Shown: positions 49,971-64,000 of the stretch, in pieces | Position numbering within the stretch: the first letter of the stretch is position 1 | Layout of the letters: each line of letters starts with the position of its first letter | Origin: Octopus sinensis | Taxonomy: Eukaryota | Assembly (NCBI RefSeq): GCF_006345805.1 | Contig: NC_043004.1 | Span: forward strand, 73,284,001 to 73,348,000 | Direction of reading: 5' to 3' | Length of the DNA stretch: 64,000 nucleotides | Program-made: the position numbers and the translations under genes | Notes under the pieces: model-generated | Told to the model about the DNA's origin: nothing | The model's input: the letters and a program-made list of their open reading frames with translations, nothing else | Databases searched by the model: none

Positions 49971-51288
49971 AGAGAAAAAAAGAAAAGCAAACAAAAAACT
50001 TACAAAATAATAATAAACGAGAGACGGATGTAAATATCAGCCTACAAAACCACACACCTACCAGCCTTATTATCTTCCTATGTCTGTTACAAACCAGCAA
50101 CTATTAACTTTAAAAATAAAGTTTGCATAGAAATGAATGCCGCTTATTAATTATTGCATTTTCCCACTCGTGGTTATTTTTATATCTGCTACCTGATACA
50201 GTTAATCGATCGATAAATATAATTCATCAAATCCACCTGACTCCCTTCTACCAGCCATATTTGTTTTATGTTGCTGTTGTTGTTATTATTTCTATTATTT
50301 TAAATAATTTCCTTCATTTTATCGCTCCTCTCGATTCACAGAAATCGAAAAGTAACGAGTATTCATTTAGAAACACGATCCAGGGATTTGAACTCAATTT
50401 TATTTGATTTAAGAGCACGGTGTTGCCTTTCTTTAAGGATTAATGTAACAACAATGACAATAACTACAACTGCAACAACAATCTCAACCACAACAACAGC
50501 ATCGAACCTCGGTGTGGCTACAAGATGTGCAAAAAATAGCGCTCTGACCTTGAAATAACCACCTTTCTTTCTAGCTTGAATAATTTAGACGTAGATTTAT
50601 AAGATAAACAGACAGGATGGTCATATCTAGAACAGCTTTGATCCTAGGTCTTTACTTGGTGGGTGGGGGGATAAATAACAACGATAGAAAATCCTCGCAT
50701 TCCCAATATAAAGGAAAAACACAAGAAAAAAAAACACGAAAATTAAAACTTGCATCTATATTTCACAATAAAAAAGAAGTTACCTCGTTGCCACTCCGAA
50801 ATCTTTTTTTTTTTTTAATCTACCTTAACATAGAAACTGGGACAAATCCTCTGACCCCTAATTCAGAAATATCGTTTTGTCGTATTTGATTTTAGTTATT
50901 CGATACAGTTGGAATATTTCTTTTTTCTAAATACACTCAACGACATTACAGGTGAAGACAACATTCCCACTACCTGTTCACACACAACTCACTGCACACA
51001 ACACACACACACACACACACAAAACATACACATACGCAGACTTCTCATTCACTCGCTCTCATACACACAATCACTCCTACATTCTACTTAATTTACAGGT
51101 TATATTCATTTTTAATGCTCATTCGCCATCATCCATCCGCTATATAGTAAAAGAAGAATATGGTTATTATTGATAATGACAGACATCTGACATATTTCAA
51201 TCATGAAAATTCGTCGCAACGCTAACGGAATAATAATAATAATGATAATAATGATGATAATAATAATAATGATTATAATAATAATAAC

Positions 51289-51345
<57 letters not shown>

Positions 51346-51377
51346 TAATGATAATAATAATAATAATTATTATAATA

Positions 51378-51713
51378 AGTGGGAGAGCATCATAGCCGTG
51401 TGTTGAAAGGAATTCTTGGAGGTTTGAGTAATTCACCTTTGGAAACATGGGTGGTACGTTCAACATCCTTAAACAACCCTTATTCAGGGACCTTTTAAGC
51501 GGAATGGGTTACTCGACCAGAAGAAAATTCTAACTGGGCCCCACCTGCAAGGTTATGCGCTGTTTATCTTGATATGAGATCACCATGTCGCGCACATATG
51601 GTTGTGATGCATGTGCCTGGTGTACCCTTATCAGACGGGTAGTCATGATGGGTATACTGGGCTTCCTATATTTTACCCCAGTGTCCCTTTGATGGCATGT
51701 ACTGCTCTCTCAC
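51378..51713 (+). mobile_element. Truncated second copy of the (TAA)n-embedded element
   Basis: Reverse-complement homolog of ~21050-21385; flanked by (AAT)n at 51225-51377 and 51714-51790. Confidence 0.85.
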
Positions 51714-51775
<62 letters not shown>

Positions 51776-52001
51776 CAACAACAACGATAATGGTGAAAAA
51801 AAGGTGGTGATTTGGAAGCTGATGGTGGTAATTATAATGAAGAGGAATTTTTATTTTAGCATCAGTATCTGGCGACGGTTCCAGTTACATCGAGGAGCTC
51901 TATGAAAACCTGTTGAAGGTTACAGTCAGCTGACCTCCGTTGTAGCTATTTTAAAAAGTAACTCAATTCGAGATATCAGCTGGTGTCTACAAATAGAAAA
52001 G

Positions 52002-52426
52002 TCGTAGCTGTGTTGTAAGAAGTTCAACTTGCAAACCACATAGTTCCAGTTTCAGTTCCATTGCGTGGCACTTTGGGCGAGTGTCTTCTACTAAAGCCTC
52101 GGGGTGACCAACACCTGAGTGGATTTGGTAGACATAAAACTGAAAGAAGCTTATGTATATATGTACGTGTGTGTGTGTGTGTGTATGTGCGTGTGTGCGT
52201 GTGTGTGTTTCTGTCTTTGTGTCTGTGTTTGACCCCACACCACACCGCTTGAGAAGCGCTACCGGTAAGGTAGCGGTTCGATAAAAGATATTGATAGAAT
52301 AAGTACCAGGGTAGAAAACAAAAAGTACTGGGGTCGATTCGTTCGACTAAAAATATGCAAAGCGATGCTACAGCATGGCTGCAGTCAAATGACTGAAACA
52401 AGTAAAAGAGAGAGTAAAAAGAGTAT
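52002..52426 (+). mobile_element. SINE family A, near full length
   Basis: Head, internal (TG)n and tail gcagtcaaatgactgaaacaagtaaaagag. Confidence 0.88.
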
Positions 52427-52479
52427 ATCAATGAAAGGTCCTTTCAGAGCCATAAGCTCATAAGGCTAGTTTTTTTTCG

Positions 52480-52679
52480 GTTTCTGTGGCATATATATTC
52501 CTCGGGGAAGGAGCGCTGATCCGTCGCAAGACTGCTCCTTTTGGCTAGCTCCAGTGGAGCAACGTGAAATAAGATGTTATACACAAGAACACAATGAATT
52601 GCCCGGTCTAGAAATCGAAACCACAACGCAAGCTTACGATCACGTGTGCACACTCTAAGGACTATGTCACGCGCCTCCA
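52480..52679 (-). mobile_element. SINE family D, degenerate
   Basis: tggagcaacgtgaaataag...aatcgaaacc...cacgcgcctcc. Confidence 0.65.
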
Positions 52680-53419
52680 CACACACACAGACATACACTA
52701 TATATATATATATACATTGTGTTATTTCTCTGTGATGACATCTCGTACGGACGTGCTGTGTTGTAGACAATGAATATCAGGGAGAGACGTAAGTTCGCCC
52801 AGTCAGGGACCAGCGAGAATACCAGATGTATTTCGGCATTAATGAGTATTTTCAATAGCATGTATTTACAACCAGCTACATGCTCTAATGGGAGTTCGTC
52901 GCCTCTGATGCACGAAAAGTAAATAAAACATTCCCAGATGTTGCAAATATGCACAGGCGCACGCGCACACACGCGCATACACATACCAATACACTTGCAG
53001 GCGTGAATTGGATCTGTGTATAATGGACTTCTATAATGTTCGTTAGTTTTTTTTTAAATAGGTTATTTTAAGATTCTTCTTAAGCAATAGACCTATTTTT
53101 TTAAAAAATAAAAATTAGTTCTTTAGAATTTTCGATAAAGGTAATAAGGTAATATTTTATGTGTTTGTCATATCGTGACTGATTCAAATTGCGATGGCAA
53201 TATTGCGCAGTGTGCAGAGAAAGGTTATAGCATGACTGAAATTTTATATCGTATTCTAAAGTAAAACTTCATGTAGAAAAGCGATTCTTACTGACCTGGA
53301 ATATAGATTAGAGAGTTATAATGATTTCTCAGGAAATGGTACACGGGAATGGTTTTTCCCCCCTTGCAACTAAATTCATAGCTAACGTCTAAAGAGCAGT
53401 GCCACAATATAGTAAAACC

Positions 53420-53453
53420 ATATATGTGTATGTGTGTGCATGCTTGTATATAT

Positions 53454-53484
<31 letters not shown>

Positions 53485-53645
53485 GAAAATATATACATAC
53501 ATATATATATACATATGAAAATATGTGCATATATATATATATGAAAATATATGCATATATATATATATATATATATATGAATATATATACACATATATAT
53601 ATGAATATATATATATATATGTATACATATGAATATATATACGTG
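53420..53645. repeat. (TA)n field with ATGAA interruptions
   Basis: Visible directly. Confidence 0.93.
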
Positions 53646-56609
53646 TGTTTGTCATGTACACGAATACATGTATCCACATGCATATTTACGCGTGTATATA
53701 TAAACTCGCATTGTTTTGCTGCTCTTCCGCGCAAGACGTAACGAAACGTGTTACTATATATCTAATTTTAAACTCAGTGCACCACAGCTGTGTGCTGAAT
53801 ATCTCATACATTCGTTTATATTGTCATTATTACCACAAAACGTTAACTGGAAAAGAAACCGTTTTAACAGATGCGTTGCAATAGTTTGAAATATGTCACC
53901 ATATGAGAATAGATCAATCTTTTTGGGTTTTATGTTTTCCCTCATAACAACAGCGTTAATTCAAGCAGGATTTTTCACTAGAAACACGCAGAGAGACGAC
54001 AGTAACGCTTTTAAAAGAGCATTTGTTTTTATTTTTACTTTTTCTTTCGTATTTCTGTTTTAGATATTTCACTACTCTTGGCTCCACAAATAATGAAGCA
54101 TTTCAAATTTCAGTGTTTATCAGGTGAATGAGATGAAATGATAACGAATTTACTTACAACCTATATATTTCTTATCCAAGAGTCCAATTTCCTTTTGGAT
54201 GCAGCTATCTACAGACAAAGTTTCAGAATACAAACTGAAAAATTTCGATATTAGTATTTCGTAATTATATCAAATATTTCCACTTTTTACGTAATTCTGC
54301 GCATTCTTTCTCAATTTTCAAATTATCCAGTTACAGCAGAAATCCACTGATGAGCAAACCAGTGACTCATGGTTTGCACTCTTGCCAAGTTCAAAGAAAG
54401 AGGATTCCTCTCTGATTTCATTTTCACATTTGTGTCTCTGGTTTGGCCAAATTCAACGCAGAATCGATTTAGACATTTCTGCCTATTCCACATGAACTTC
54501 GAGTAACATATACAAATTTTCAGGTCCTATCTTCACACCTGGCATTGATGGAATAGTTACTTGTCTTTCCTTCCTGTAGGCAGGTATTTTCTAAACGTCG
54601 TCATGAATGATGGATGTTGTGGAACGCTTACACTATTTTAATCTTCGTATTGATATCAATATCATGGATATATTTCGTTGAGCACCTGATATTTTTAGTT
54701 TTGCTAGCAACGTCTCTTCTGATAGCAGGCGGGGGAAATGCCTGCCGATAAGTCTAACATTATTAATGTTAGTGTGCTTGAGACAATAGTTGCATATCAG
54801 CATGCGTTATTATGAACTCTTTTCATAAATTTTGCCTGTGAATATCTAATCCATATTGGACGCATATATTCTGAATCTAAGTAGCACAAAACCAATTCCG
54901 TTTTCCTGAGTGTTAGACGAGTAGCACTCCACTGGCAAGTTGTTAGATTTGTGCTATAGAATTCCCTGTGCTAAATTAGGTTCCTAGACTAAGTGTCTCT
55001 TAAATGTTAGACCTCAATTTAACAACATGCTATTGCGATTGTTGCAGTGTTCAAAGCTGTGTTCTAGACCATGATATATTCAATTTTCAATTTGATTCCT
55101 TAGAGTTTCATTTTTTCATGTAAAATCTGAGACGTATCTTTTTAGTTGATTATAAATGAAACGATTGCCTTTTTAATAGCTTACTTTGTTTAAAGCGTCA
55201 TTTAGAGTTATTTCGTTGTCGAAATTTTCATTTACTATGCCCTACATAACATCTTGATAGAGATAAATCGTTTAGTAATCTTTCGTGCAAGCATTTATGG
55301 TAGTCTGTTTCCTACCTTGCAATTTTGTTTTTGTAATCTTAGAAACAAAAACGCCATGTTTCCAGAAAATAAATATTATATCTCTCTTTTCAATGAATAT
55401 TGAAGGATTATCCTAAAAAAACGCATACGTGATGTCATTCATTTGTAGAGAAGCCTTCGACATCTCAGACTTGAAATTACGTGCATGGCTGTAGCAACTG
55501 AACAAGCACAATAAATATGGAAGTGTACTCTTTGGGGAAATCGAGATCTTCGTTGTATAAACACATGACACTTGAAAAGAGTAGTTGAAGAACTACAGAT
55601 AACGAAGGAAAATAGCCATACTTACAAACCTCCTAGTCAGCCTTTTGCAACTCCTGAGGTACCATATTTTTTGTTAAATATATGTACATGCAATTTAACA
55701 GTAAAATTGATTTATTTCTTTACTAAATGATTAAGAAACCGGTCAAAATTGTAATACCAAAATTATTTACAGACTATGAGCTCTCCTGCTATTAATGTGG
55801 TTCACAAAACTTCATATGAGATAATTTGCTGGACTATTTTCAAAAACACATTATACGATTTTGTTTCGGTTAATATGGTTGTCGGAAGTAGGTTCCAAAA
55901 CATTGGAGGAGATTTATTTCCTACTAAAATAGCATTGAAAAATCGATCCATATCATTAATCATTAACTCTTTAAAACTTCATGGCGCTTAGAAAATATTT
56001 TTACAACATTTCTTCATAACAGTTGAACAGCTTTGTTACACCACAAACGAAACATCTTCGGAAAATTTCATTTAGACAAAGCTAATTTCAATTTTCATTA
56101 AGATTTTGGCAAGCTAGTCCGAGGATTTGAAATGATTTGTCTAAGGGCTGAAATTTTATTTTTCACAAATCCGCTTACGAATGAGATGCGCAAGACATCA
56201 GACATATTAGATGTGAAAAATATGATTGAGATATAGCCATAATTCCTTTCTTTAAGAGTAGTAGGTTGAAAATGAGATATAATCGAACTCTACAGAACTG
56301 ACTTCAGTACAAGTGAATATCGAAACATTTTTGGCAAAGTTATTGGTTTTAAAGAAACAAAAAGTATTACGATGTGATTTTCAAGAGTTTAGCTGAGTCA
56401 ATCGAGAGTTTACGCAGCGAAGAACTCAATACTGATTAATTCTGCTTTAATATAAATAGAAAATTTTCCCTGAAAAGTGAACTGAGATGAAGTGATGTCT
56501 AAGATATTGTAATGTATTTTTTTGAATATGCTGCGTTTATCCAGTGTTGCATACTTATGAGTGGTTCGATTCTGATGGGTGAGAGTGACCAAATTTTTTT
56601 GTCGGCACA

Positions 56610-56940
56610 CTGTGGTAGAATGGTTAAGCACTTCACTCCACACACAGAAGGTTCCAGATACGCTTTCCTAAGATACGGGGTACCGGCAAACGTCATTTTC
56701 TATAGCCTCGAATTAATTCACGATTTGTGAGTGAATTTGGCAGGGGGACGGAAACTTTATTAAATCCCGTCAGATAGATTGTACTTTCATTTCAAAGGTG
56801 CAACTCCGTCATACTGCGTCACGTAGGTTCCAGCTGAAAACCATATTAAGGTTACGCGTGTCCGTGGAATGTTCAGCGATTTACACACTAACTAATTGAG
56901 CCGAGTGATACAGTTGATCGAACTAGTGAAATCTCGTGCA
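56610..56940 (+). mobile_element. Old SINE fragments (A-like 56610-56772; C2/D-like 3' part 56775-56940)
   Basis: ttgtgagtgaatttggcaggggacggaaact; attaaggttacgcgtgtccgtggaatgttcagc. Confidence 0.55.
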
Positions 56941-57473
56941 TGGAAATTCTGATTGAGATCCGGTTATTTACTTATTTATTTATTTATTCATTTGGGTGTC
57001 TTAGTCGCTGAAAGTAATTAGAAAGAAAAAGTTTCCAGAATATGGAATAAATATCTGTTCATTACTTTCTTAAATACGATTAACGTAAACTGTGCTATCG
57101 AGATTGTCGGAATAAAGATGACTGTTGAATGGCTGCAGACTAAAAGATCAGCAATATTTATATTCCCCATTTTTTCTGTTCTTGGTCTTTGCCTTTCATC
57201 ATTTTTGTGTCGTTTTATCAACACATAAAGATGACGACGAAAGGCTAAAATGCGTTATCAATGAAGGATTCTCTTTTTTAAAAACATTCTGGATTTGTGT
57301 TGAAGCGAAAATGAAATAAAATAAACTAAAAATATTTGTTTTCGCATAAACCAGCACCAACATTACACTGGGATTGGCTTGACCAAGCATACAAGCACTT
57401 CTAAAATAAACTTAGATTTAGACCTGTTCGATAATTTTGATCGAATTTTCATGTCAATATTTTATTTGGTCTG

Positions 57474-57688
57474 GGGGCAGCTAGGTAGCAGAATCGTTAG
57501 AAAGCCGAGAAAATGCTTAGCAGCATTTCGTCCGTTTTTATGTTCCGAGTTCCGATTTTGCCGAGGTTGACTTTACCTTTCATTCTTTCGGGGTCGATAA
57601 AATAAGTAGCAGTTGAGCACTAGAAACAATGTCATCGACTTACCTCTTCCCCAAAATTCCTGGTTTTGTGCCAAAATTGGAAATTAGT
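57474..57688 (+). mobile_element. SINE family B
   Basis: Head gcagctaggtagcagaatcgttag..., body ttctttcggggtcgataaaataagtagcag and a B2-type tail. Confidence 0.85.
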
Positions 57689-58135
57689 ATTTTAATCGAA
57701 CTGTTTAAGTAACATATTTGAAATAGCTTCAGTAATGTGACTGCAATCCTCATGAAGCATCGGGCGATGAGAATTGTCTGCCTTTCATGGTTCAAACACT
57801 GTCACAAGCCTATTTCCAGCTCAGACCGATATCTTTTAGGACCTCTTTCACATTTCTCTCGTCATGTCAGCCTCGCCTCCTATTCTCCTTCTCTGCTTTC
57901 AACCTTCGAAAGCTTTTTGTCATTTGTTTCTTATTTGGAACAGTCCCTGATACATTTCTCGAAACCTACAATGAAACCGATCGGTTTGATTCCCATCTGA
58001 AACTGCCGAAAAAAAGCCTTCATTCGATTAATTTCGCAGTTGAACTATATATATTCCATCCGTATATCTATATGTTCATAACCTACGCTGCATGGATACT
58101 TCAATAGTTATATAAAACCACGTTTGGAATCAAAC

Positions 58136-58232
58136 AAAATGTCAGATTCAGCACCCCTACGGCATACAAACTTATCGAAACTGTAAGTTTTGAGAAGTGC
58201 GTATGCTGTTGGGGTGTGGAATCTAACATTTT
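58136..58232. repeat. Short inverted repeat (32-bp arms, 33-bp spacer), possible MITE relic
   Basis: aaaatgtcagattcagcacccctacggcatac versus the reverse complement of 58201-58232: 27/32 match. Confidence 0.6.
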
Positions 58233-58664
58233 AGGACTAGCTATTTGTTAGTTGGGAAAAGAAAAACAAATTTAACTCAATTTCTTTCTCAACCAAAATA
58301 AAGATTAAAGAATAGGAAAAATAAAATCGCTGGGAGTTCAAAGAATCTTTTGGAAAATCTTACATTAGTTACGTTTAACTGGGACTCTATCAGGATACTC
58401 TGTCATTGGTCTGATATTTCTTATCTTGAATAAATGAAACTTTAATTCAACATTTCGTAGTTACTTGTGTACTTTTCTTTTATAAAAACAAATTGTTCTT
58501 GTAGTTTGATCTCAGGTCAGCTATGACCGAAACACCTTTGCATGCAGGAAGTCTGTTGTGCTGCGATGTACAACCTTTCCATCGATTGTCTTACTTCTGT
58601 ATTCCGTATACACTGGATACCGTATTATTGTTGTTGTCGTTATCGTTTTGGCCCGGATTAATTC

Positions 58665-59295
58665 TGATTATCAGACCTACGATCAAAGATTTTCCAGCTG
58701 TGATCATCTCATCTTCATTTAACGAATAATATATACAGAAGTACGTCATTTTGGATCCATATATCTTTCTTTTTCTAAGACAATAAGGGGTGATTTGAAT
58801 GGGGCTTTACTGCTATTTCTAACAGGTGGATCAACCACGTAGAAACCTTTTCTTTCATTCAAAGATACAAGTGAAATTAACTTTCTCAAGAACAATTGGA
58901 GTGAAGGGAAGTCAACTGGATTCAACAAGGGAAGACTTCACTAAACTGAGTTTATTCTTCGCAACACTCACACGACACAACTTATAATGACAGTCACAAT
59001 ACTAGTATAAAAAAGTCACATTGAACTTTCTATGAAAAATAGTATATATATATAAGAAAATGTTATTGCATATAGTAGCAATTATTTCTATTTCTATGAA
59101 GTACAGTAATGTGATGGATAGATAGGTGCATAGTTCATATCGTTTAGCCTTAAAGTAGATCTACGATTAAAGGCGTTCCAACTTTGACCATCTCATGCTT
59201 TGGGCTAAATTATCAAATGTGCCTTTTTTTTAAAGATAGCAAGTTGGAATTAGAGGGAAATTGGGTTGTTGTTTTTAGCATACTGATCGAGTGTT
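58665..59295 (+). repeat. Two copies (58665-58845; 59155-59295) of an old dispersed repeat, family E
   Basis: Shared gacctacgatcaaag...ttcca...gtgatcatc and gtgatttga...gctatttcta. Fragments also at ~5411, 10497 (-), 12455, 25270, 48560, 50605 (-) and 62800 (-). Confidence 0.6.
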
Positions 59296-59691
59296 TAAAG
59301 ATTTCTTTGTTGAATTAATTGTATTTTCTGGAGTGTGAAACATACGGGCTGCGATAATGTTTCATCTGGCTCCTGATGGAATTTTATAGAAATAAATTTT
59401 GCTATTATTTAATCTTAAAATATTTTGTAAAGTATATTTCGTTATCATCTATTCAGTCGGAGCCAGACTAGAGTCAAGATTAACACCGATTTCAGTTTGT
59501 TGAATCAGTGAAACGTAGGGAAGCTTTTGTTATCTTAACCAATTAAAAAAGGTTATGAACCCGTATACTAAAAGACGAGGATTATTTTCTCTTCACTCTA
59601 TCTATACACGCCGTAATATTTAAAAAAAAATTTACTCAAGTGTTCATCCGAAAAGATGCTAGCAATATTAACTACATTGAAAGGTTTTCCA

Positions 59692-60093
59692 TTACTCTTT
59701 TACTCTTTTACTTGTTTCAGTCATTTGACTGTGGCCATGCTGGAGCACCGCCTTTAGTCGAGCAAATCGACCCCAGGACTTACTCTTTGTAAACTTAGTA
59801 CTTATTCTATCGTTCTCTTTTGCCGAACCGTTAAGTTACGGGGACGTAAACACACCAACATCGGTTGTCAAGTGATGATGGGAGGACAAACACAGATACA
59901 CAAACACATACATATATATATACATATATACGACGGGCTTCTTTCAGTTTCCGTCTACCAAATCCACTCACAAGGCTTTGATCGGCCCGAGGCTATAGTA
60001 AAAGACACTTGCCCAAGGTGCCATGCACTGGGACTGAACCCGGAACCATGTGGTTCGTAAGCAAGCTACTTACCACACAGCCACTTCTACGCC
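59692..60093 (-). mobile_element. SINE family A, full length and least diverged copy
   Basis: (TTACTCTT)n tail through head ...ccacacagccacttctacgcc. Confidence 0.95.
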
Positions 60094-63000
60094 TATGTAA
60101 TGGGTGTACATGCATATTCCAAGAGATATTGCTTTCTTATCAGCAAGCTTTCTTTCAAGCATCGGTCATCTCAAGAACTGCATACATTCATTTGGACAAT
60201 TCTTATCTCTGTCCTTAATCTAAGGACACTTTCTCAATAGAATTCAATATGTATGTGAACAAATTATTCTCGCACATCACTGCTCACACACTTCACTAAC
60301 ACCTATTATTATTTACCGTTAGTAAAGGTGCTATAATGTCTGTCCTTCTCATTATCCATTTGCTTTGGCTTAAATAATGATTTTTTTAGGAATAGATGTC
60401 CCCATCCAGTTCACGAGATCTAATTTATGTTTTAATCTGGCCCGCAAAGCCAAGCAAATTTGACACATCTGAGCTATTTGGTAGCTCAAATTGGCATTTT
60501 CGCTAGCAGCGGCAACTTTTTGATGGGATATATTTAGAGTAAGGCACATGGAGAAAATCAACCCACTTCTTAATCACAGTTATTGGAGACTATCATGCTC
60601 CGGCAGTGAGTTACACCTGGGCGAGGAACCAAATTATTTATAATTGGAATGGACATTTTAATTGCTGAGTGTCTCGACCGAGACATGCATCATTGTTGAT
60701 AAGACATGAACTTTGAACACTTCGATCACTTACCATCTCGAACCACCTCAGTTCTCATTGTTAATGTAAACATATATCCAATCAGCATATGAATCTATGA
60801 AATGATAAATGAATGTAGGTAAATATATTAATAATTTCGAGATAATCTCGCCAAATCCTGTGGTATTTATATCTGACACCGTGTTTGAGTTTTAAGAAAT
60901 TCCAATAAGGATGGAAATGTTAACCTTTTCTTTGACCTGTTTCTTCTGTACAGGAACCTGTTGCTTTCTATTACTAATTCCAGTCTATAATCGACAGTAA
61001 AAGTATTCATTACTTAGTCATGTTGGTTATATCATTATTGATACCGTAAACAATGAAGAGCTCATCTGAAAGAATTGTGTGGTGAGGAAAAGACAATATT
61101 AGTTGATGACTAATATTTTAATTTATTTTAATTACTGCAAGTACGGGAAACAACTCAGAATATGTTTCGGTTTGATTAGATCTTTGCGAATCATAGACTT
61201 CACCAATTAGCCAAAATAATGAAGAGAGTATCAGTAAGTCAATGTACAATAGTGAATTAGCATATTTTAGAGGTGAAAAATACTGTCGACTACTGAAGTC
61301 TCAAATTTACATGGAGAATTGAAGTAACTTTTCTGTGCTGTTTGTATTTTCTTTAAAGACTTTGCTAATATATATTGAGTAAAATTACTGTAGCTGAAAA
61401 TTTAAAATAGGTCATGGAGTAACTTCGCTATCAGCTTACGTTTAGTCTAACAGCTTCCTCGCTGAGGATGGGACTCGGAACATTTTGTAATTTTTAATCA
61501 CAAGGCTGACATATCTCACATGCAATATATTCTAACATAAAATAAAACTCTCTTGTTGCTAATGTTGCTGTTTCATCACTAGATAAACCTTAATCGAATA
61601 AGACCTGTTATTAAAACCGTTAAAGCCTTGACCATCCATCTTTCTTCTTACATTCCCTTATTGTTTTTCGGTGGTAGTGCATAAAAGACTACATTACCCA
61701 AAGTTTCTTCCTTATTTTATTTTTTTACATAAAGTGGTACGATTTTAGAGATATTTGGTTATTTTAAATAAGTCAATCGATACTGTAAATAAAACTTGTG
61801 AAGGAAAATACTTCACAGATTATAAATCCCAAGTCCTGGGACAGAATTTATAGGAACACAGCGCAAATGAATACAACATTTGCAATTTTCCGTAATGAAA
61901 GACTTAATAATCATGATGTTAACCACAAAATACATATCTCACACGCTTTTGGGGCTGATATTAGGTATGGTGTTTCATTAGAAAGTAGTATAGTTTCCAT
62001 GCTGTTAAGCAATTGAATAGTATTCTTCCTGTTGATTTGGGCACGAGAGCTATGCATGTTTTTATTTCCTGAAGAATTTCTGCTCCACATTGCTGTCAGA
62101 AGAGTACATCTGCCCTCGTTTATCACGGGACTTTTGTTCCATTTCGTAAATGGAACGAAGGACAGATTAATAGACGCCAATCTCGCAGTTCGCAACTGCA
62201 AAGCTTCCACTACGACGCATTTTCTTGACCATCTTTTCCTTTTCTGCCGAGAACTCACTCGTCTGCATCGTTTGTTGGGATTATGCACCTTCGTGATTTT
62301 TCTGTTCACTGGTCCCATTTTGAAGGATATAATCGCGTAAATCAATTTAAAGCTATCTTGCAGCAGAGTAATATAAACACAAGCGATAGTCAGTGCATTA
62401 TGGGTAGCTGGATATTGTGGGTGTTCGTTGGGGAGCGTTTTTGCGATACAGACAGAATATTCGACTGATCGCCGACTCAAGTTATTACAGATCAATCCGA
62501 GATAAGCGTGATATAGTTTTTAGTCGAGCGTGCCGTGTTATTCCGGATCAGTGATGAATGAATCAGAGATAAACGAGGCTACAGAGGTATTTTCGTCACT
62601 TACAGTGAAATGATGACGTACTTACTAGCTTACATTGCTCAAATCTGCGGCGTTTACAGAAACTATCAATTCATTGAGAAAGCTTTTTACAGGGTAGCCT
62701 TGTCACACTAGAAAGAACAGCAAAATCTTTAAATTATATTTTACTGCCTTTAAAAATGCAGGGGCAAGGGACATTTAGGTAATGTAGTCTTAGCAGGAGT
62801 ACATCTAAAAAAGAAGACACGATGGTCACGGCTGAAACATCTTTGAGTGTAGTTATTCTCAATCAAAGTTGACTTGGTCCTAAACAACAACAATAGTAAT
62901 AATAAAAATAAAGTTAGTTCGGACTCATCTGTTACCCACAAATATATATTTAATGTTTGTACCACTCACATTTCCCAGTGTCAAATGTGTGGCAACATAA

Positions 63001-63499
63001 TTCTATTATTCTTAGTTAATTGAAACTCATTCTCTAGAAGAAGAGATAATTGCACATCTGGCAATATGTAAGGGAACTAAAACATTTACTGACAGTTTAA
63101 GACTTAGAAATAATAAAACTTGGGGCTGTTACATGCTAAATGTTATTTCAGCTCCCCATCATGCTTTCACTCTTGGAGAAGTGCGATAAATAACAATATC
63201 ATGGAATTAAGGCATAGATATACAAATATCAACGTAACTAAATCAATTTTTTTAGAGGAACAAAATCATAAAGTTTATTTCTTTTGTAGATGTGAAAACA
63301 AAGGAAAAAAAAAAGATTAAAGAAAAAAATATAGAATTCTGTTGCGTTCTTTGAAATATGACTCAAAATGGCTGCAAATTTGAACTTTCATTGGTAAAGA
63401 ACACATATTCACGTGTTTTATCTGCAATGATTAAACAGCCCGAAAAAAATGGGGCTTAGAGAGTACAATAAGTTTTTCATATATACATACATACATACA

Positions 63500-63533
<34 letters not shown>

Positions 63534-63809
63534 TGTATGTATGTGTATATTTCTAAACTCTGTTCAACAAAAAGTATAGATAAACTGATAAATTATATAA
63601 AAAAAAATGTATAGTTTTCTAATAATAATAGTTTTAATCTCTACCATATGTGGACATTTTGTTTCTGTAGCTTTGTAATTATTTTTTTTTAATTGTCTTT
63701 AGAACTTCTGACGTTGCCAATGTTCATTAATTAATGTTATTATTATTATTATTGTTATTATTTGATATTTCAATCTTAATTTCATTTTATTTCATTTATT
63801 CCATCCGTG

Positions 63810-63835
63810 TGCGTGTATATATATATATATACATA

Positions 63836-63867
<32 letters not shown>

Positions 63868-63963
63868 GATATATAAAATACATACATACATACATATATA
63901 TATATATAAAATACATACATACATATATATATATATGTATATGGACATATATATTTACATATA

Positions 63964-64000
<37 letters not shown>
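63810..64000. repeat. (TA)n/(CATA)n field
   Basis: Visible directly. Confidence 0.95.

Noticed and set aside
54347-54385. CTGATGA followed by a perfect 8-bp hairpin (possible hammerhead)
   Set aside because: The hairpin is followed by ACTC rather than GAAA, and there is no stem III or stem I.
57737-58107. Two plus-strand ORFs; the minus strand is faintly like an RTE C-terminus
   Set aside because: The similarity is too degenerate, with several stops, to support a call by eye.

Overview
64 kb of AT-rich eukaryotic DNA, mostly intronic or intergenic in character and very rich in microsatellites. The tRNA-derived SINE families look like those I know from octopus (coleoid cephalopod) genomes; this is recognition from memory, not a database result. 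I recognise no intact host protein-coding gene, and almost all listed ORFs are artefacts of (TA)n/(CA)n/(CATA)n/(TATC)n/(AAG)n repeats. Supportable content: about 40 tRNA-headed SINE copies or fragments in four families, here called A-D; non-LTR retrotransposon remnants (R4/Dong-type REL endonuclease at 2 kb, CR1-like RT 3' end at 34.6-35.5 kb, RTE-like pieces at 42.3, 45.3 and 48.9 kb, RT motif at 49.8 kb); Penelope-like pieces, including a ~1 kb inverted-repeat insertion with a GIY-YIG C-terminus and minimal hammerhead-ribozyme folds; and DNA-transposon derivatives (mariner and hAT MITEs, a Helentron-like element, a 401-bp foldback). Most interesting: (1) a hammerhead with an intact core isolated between GT tracts at ~970; (2) the Penelope inversion that also duplicated 24 bp of flanking host DNA; (3) SINE-B multimers whose internal units all start at the same nucleotide; (4) a LINE-SINE pair sharing a 3' tail within the window; (5) a (TAA)n-targeting non-coding element; (6) a few weak minus-strand exon candidates. 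All of this was found by eye, and coordinates of degenerate repeats are approximate.
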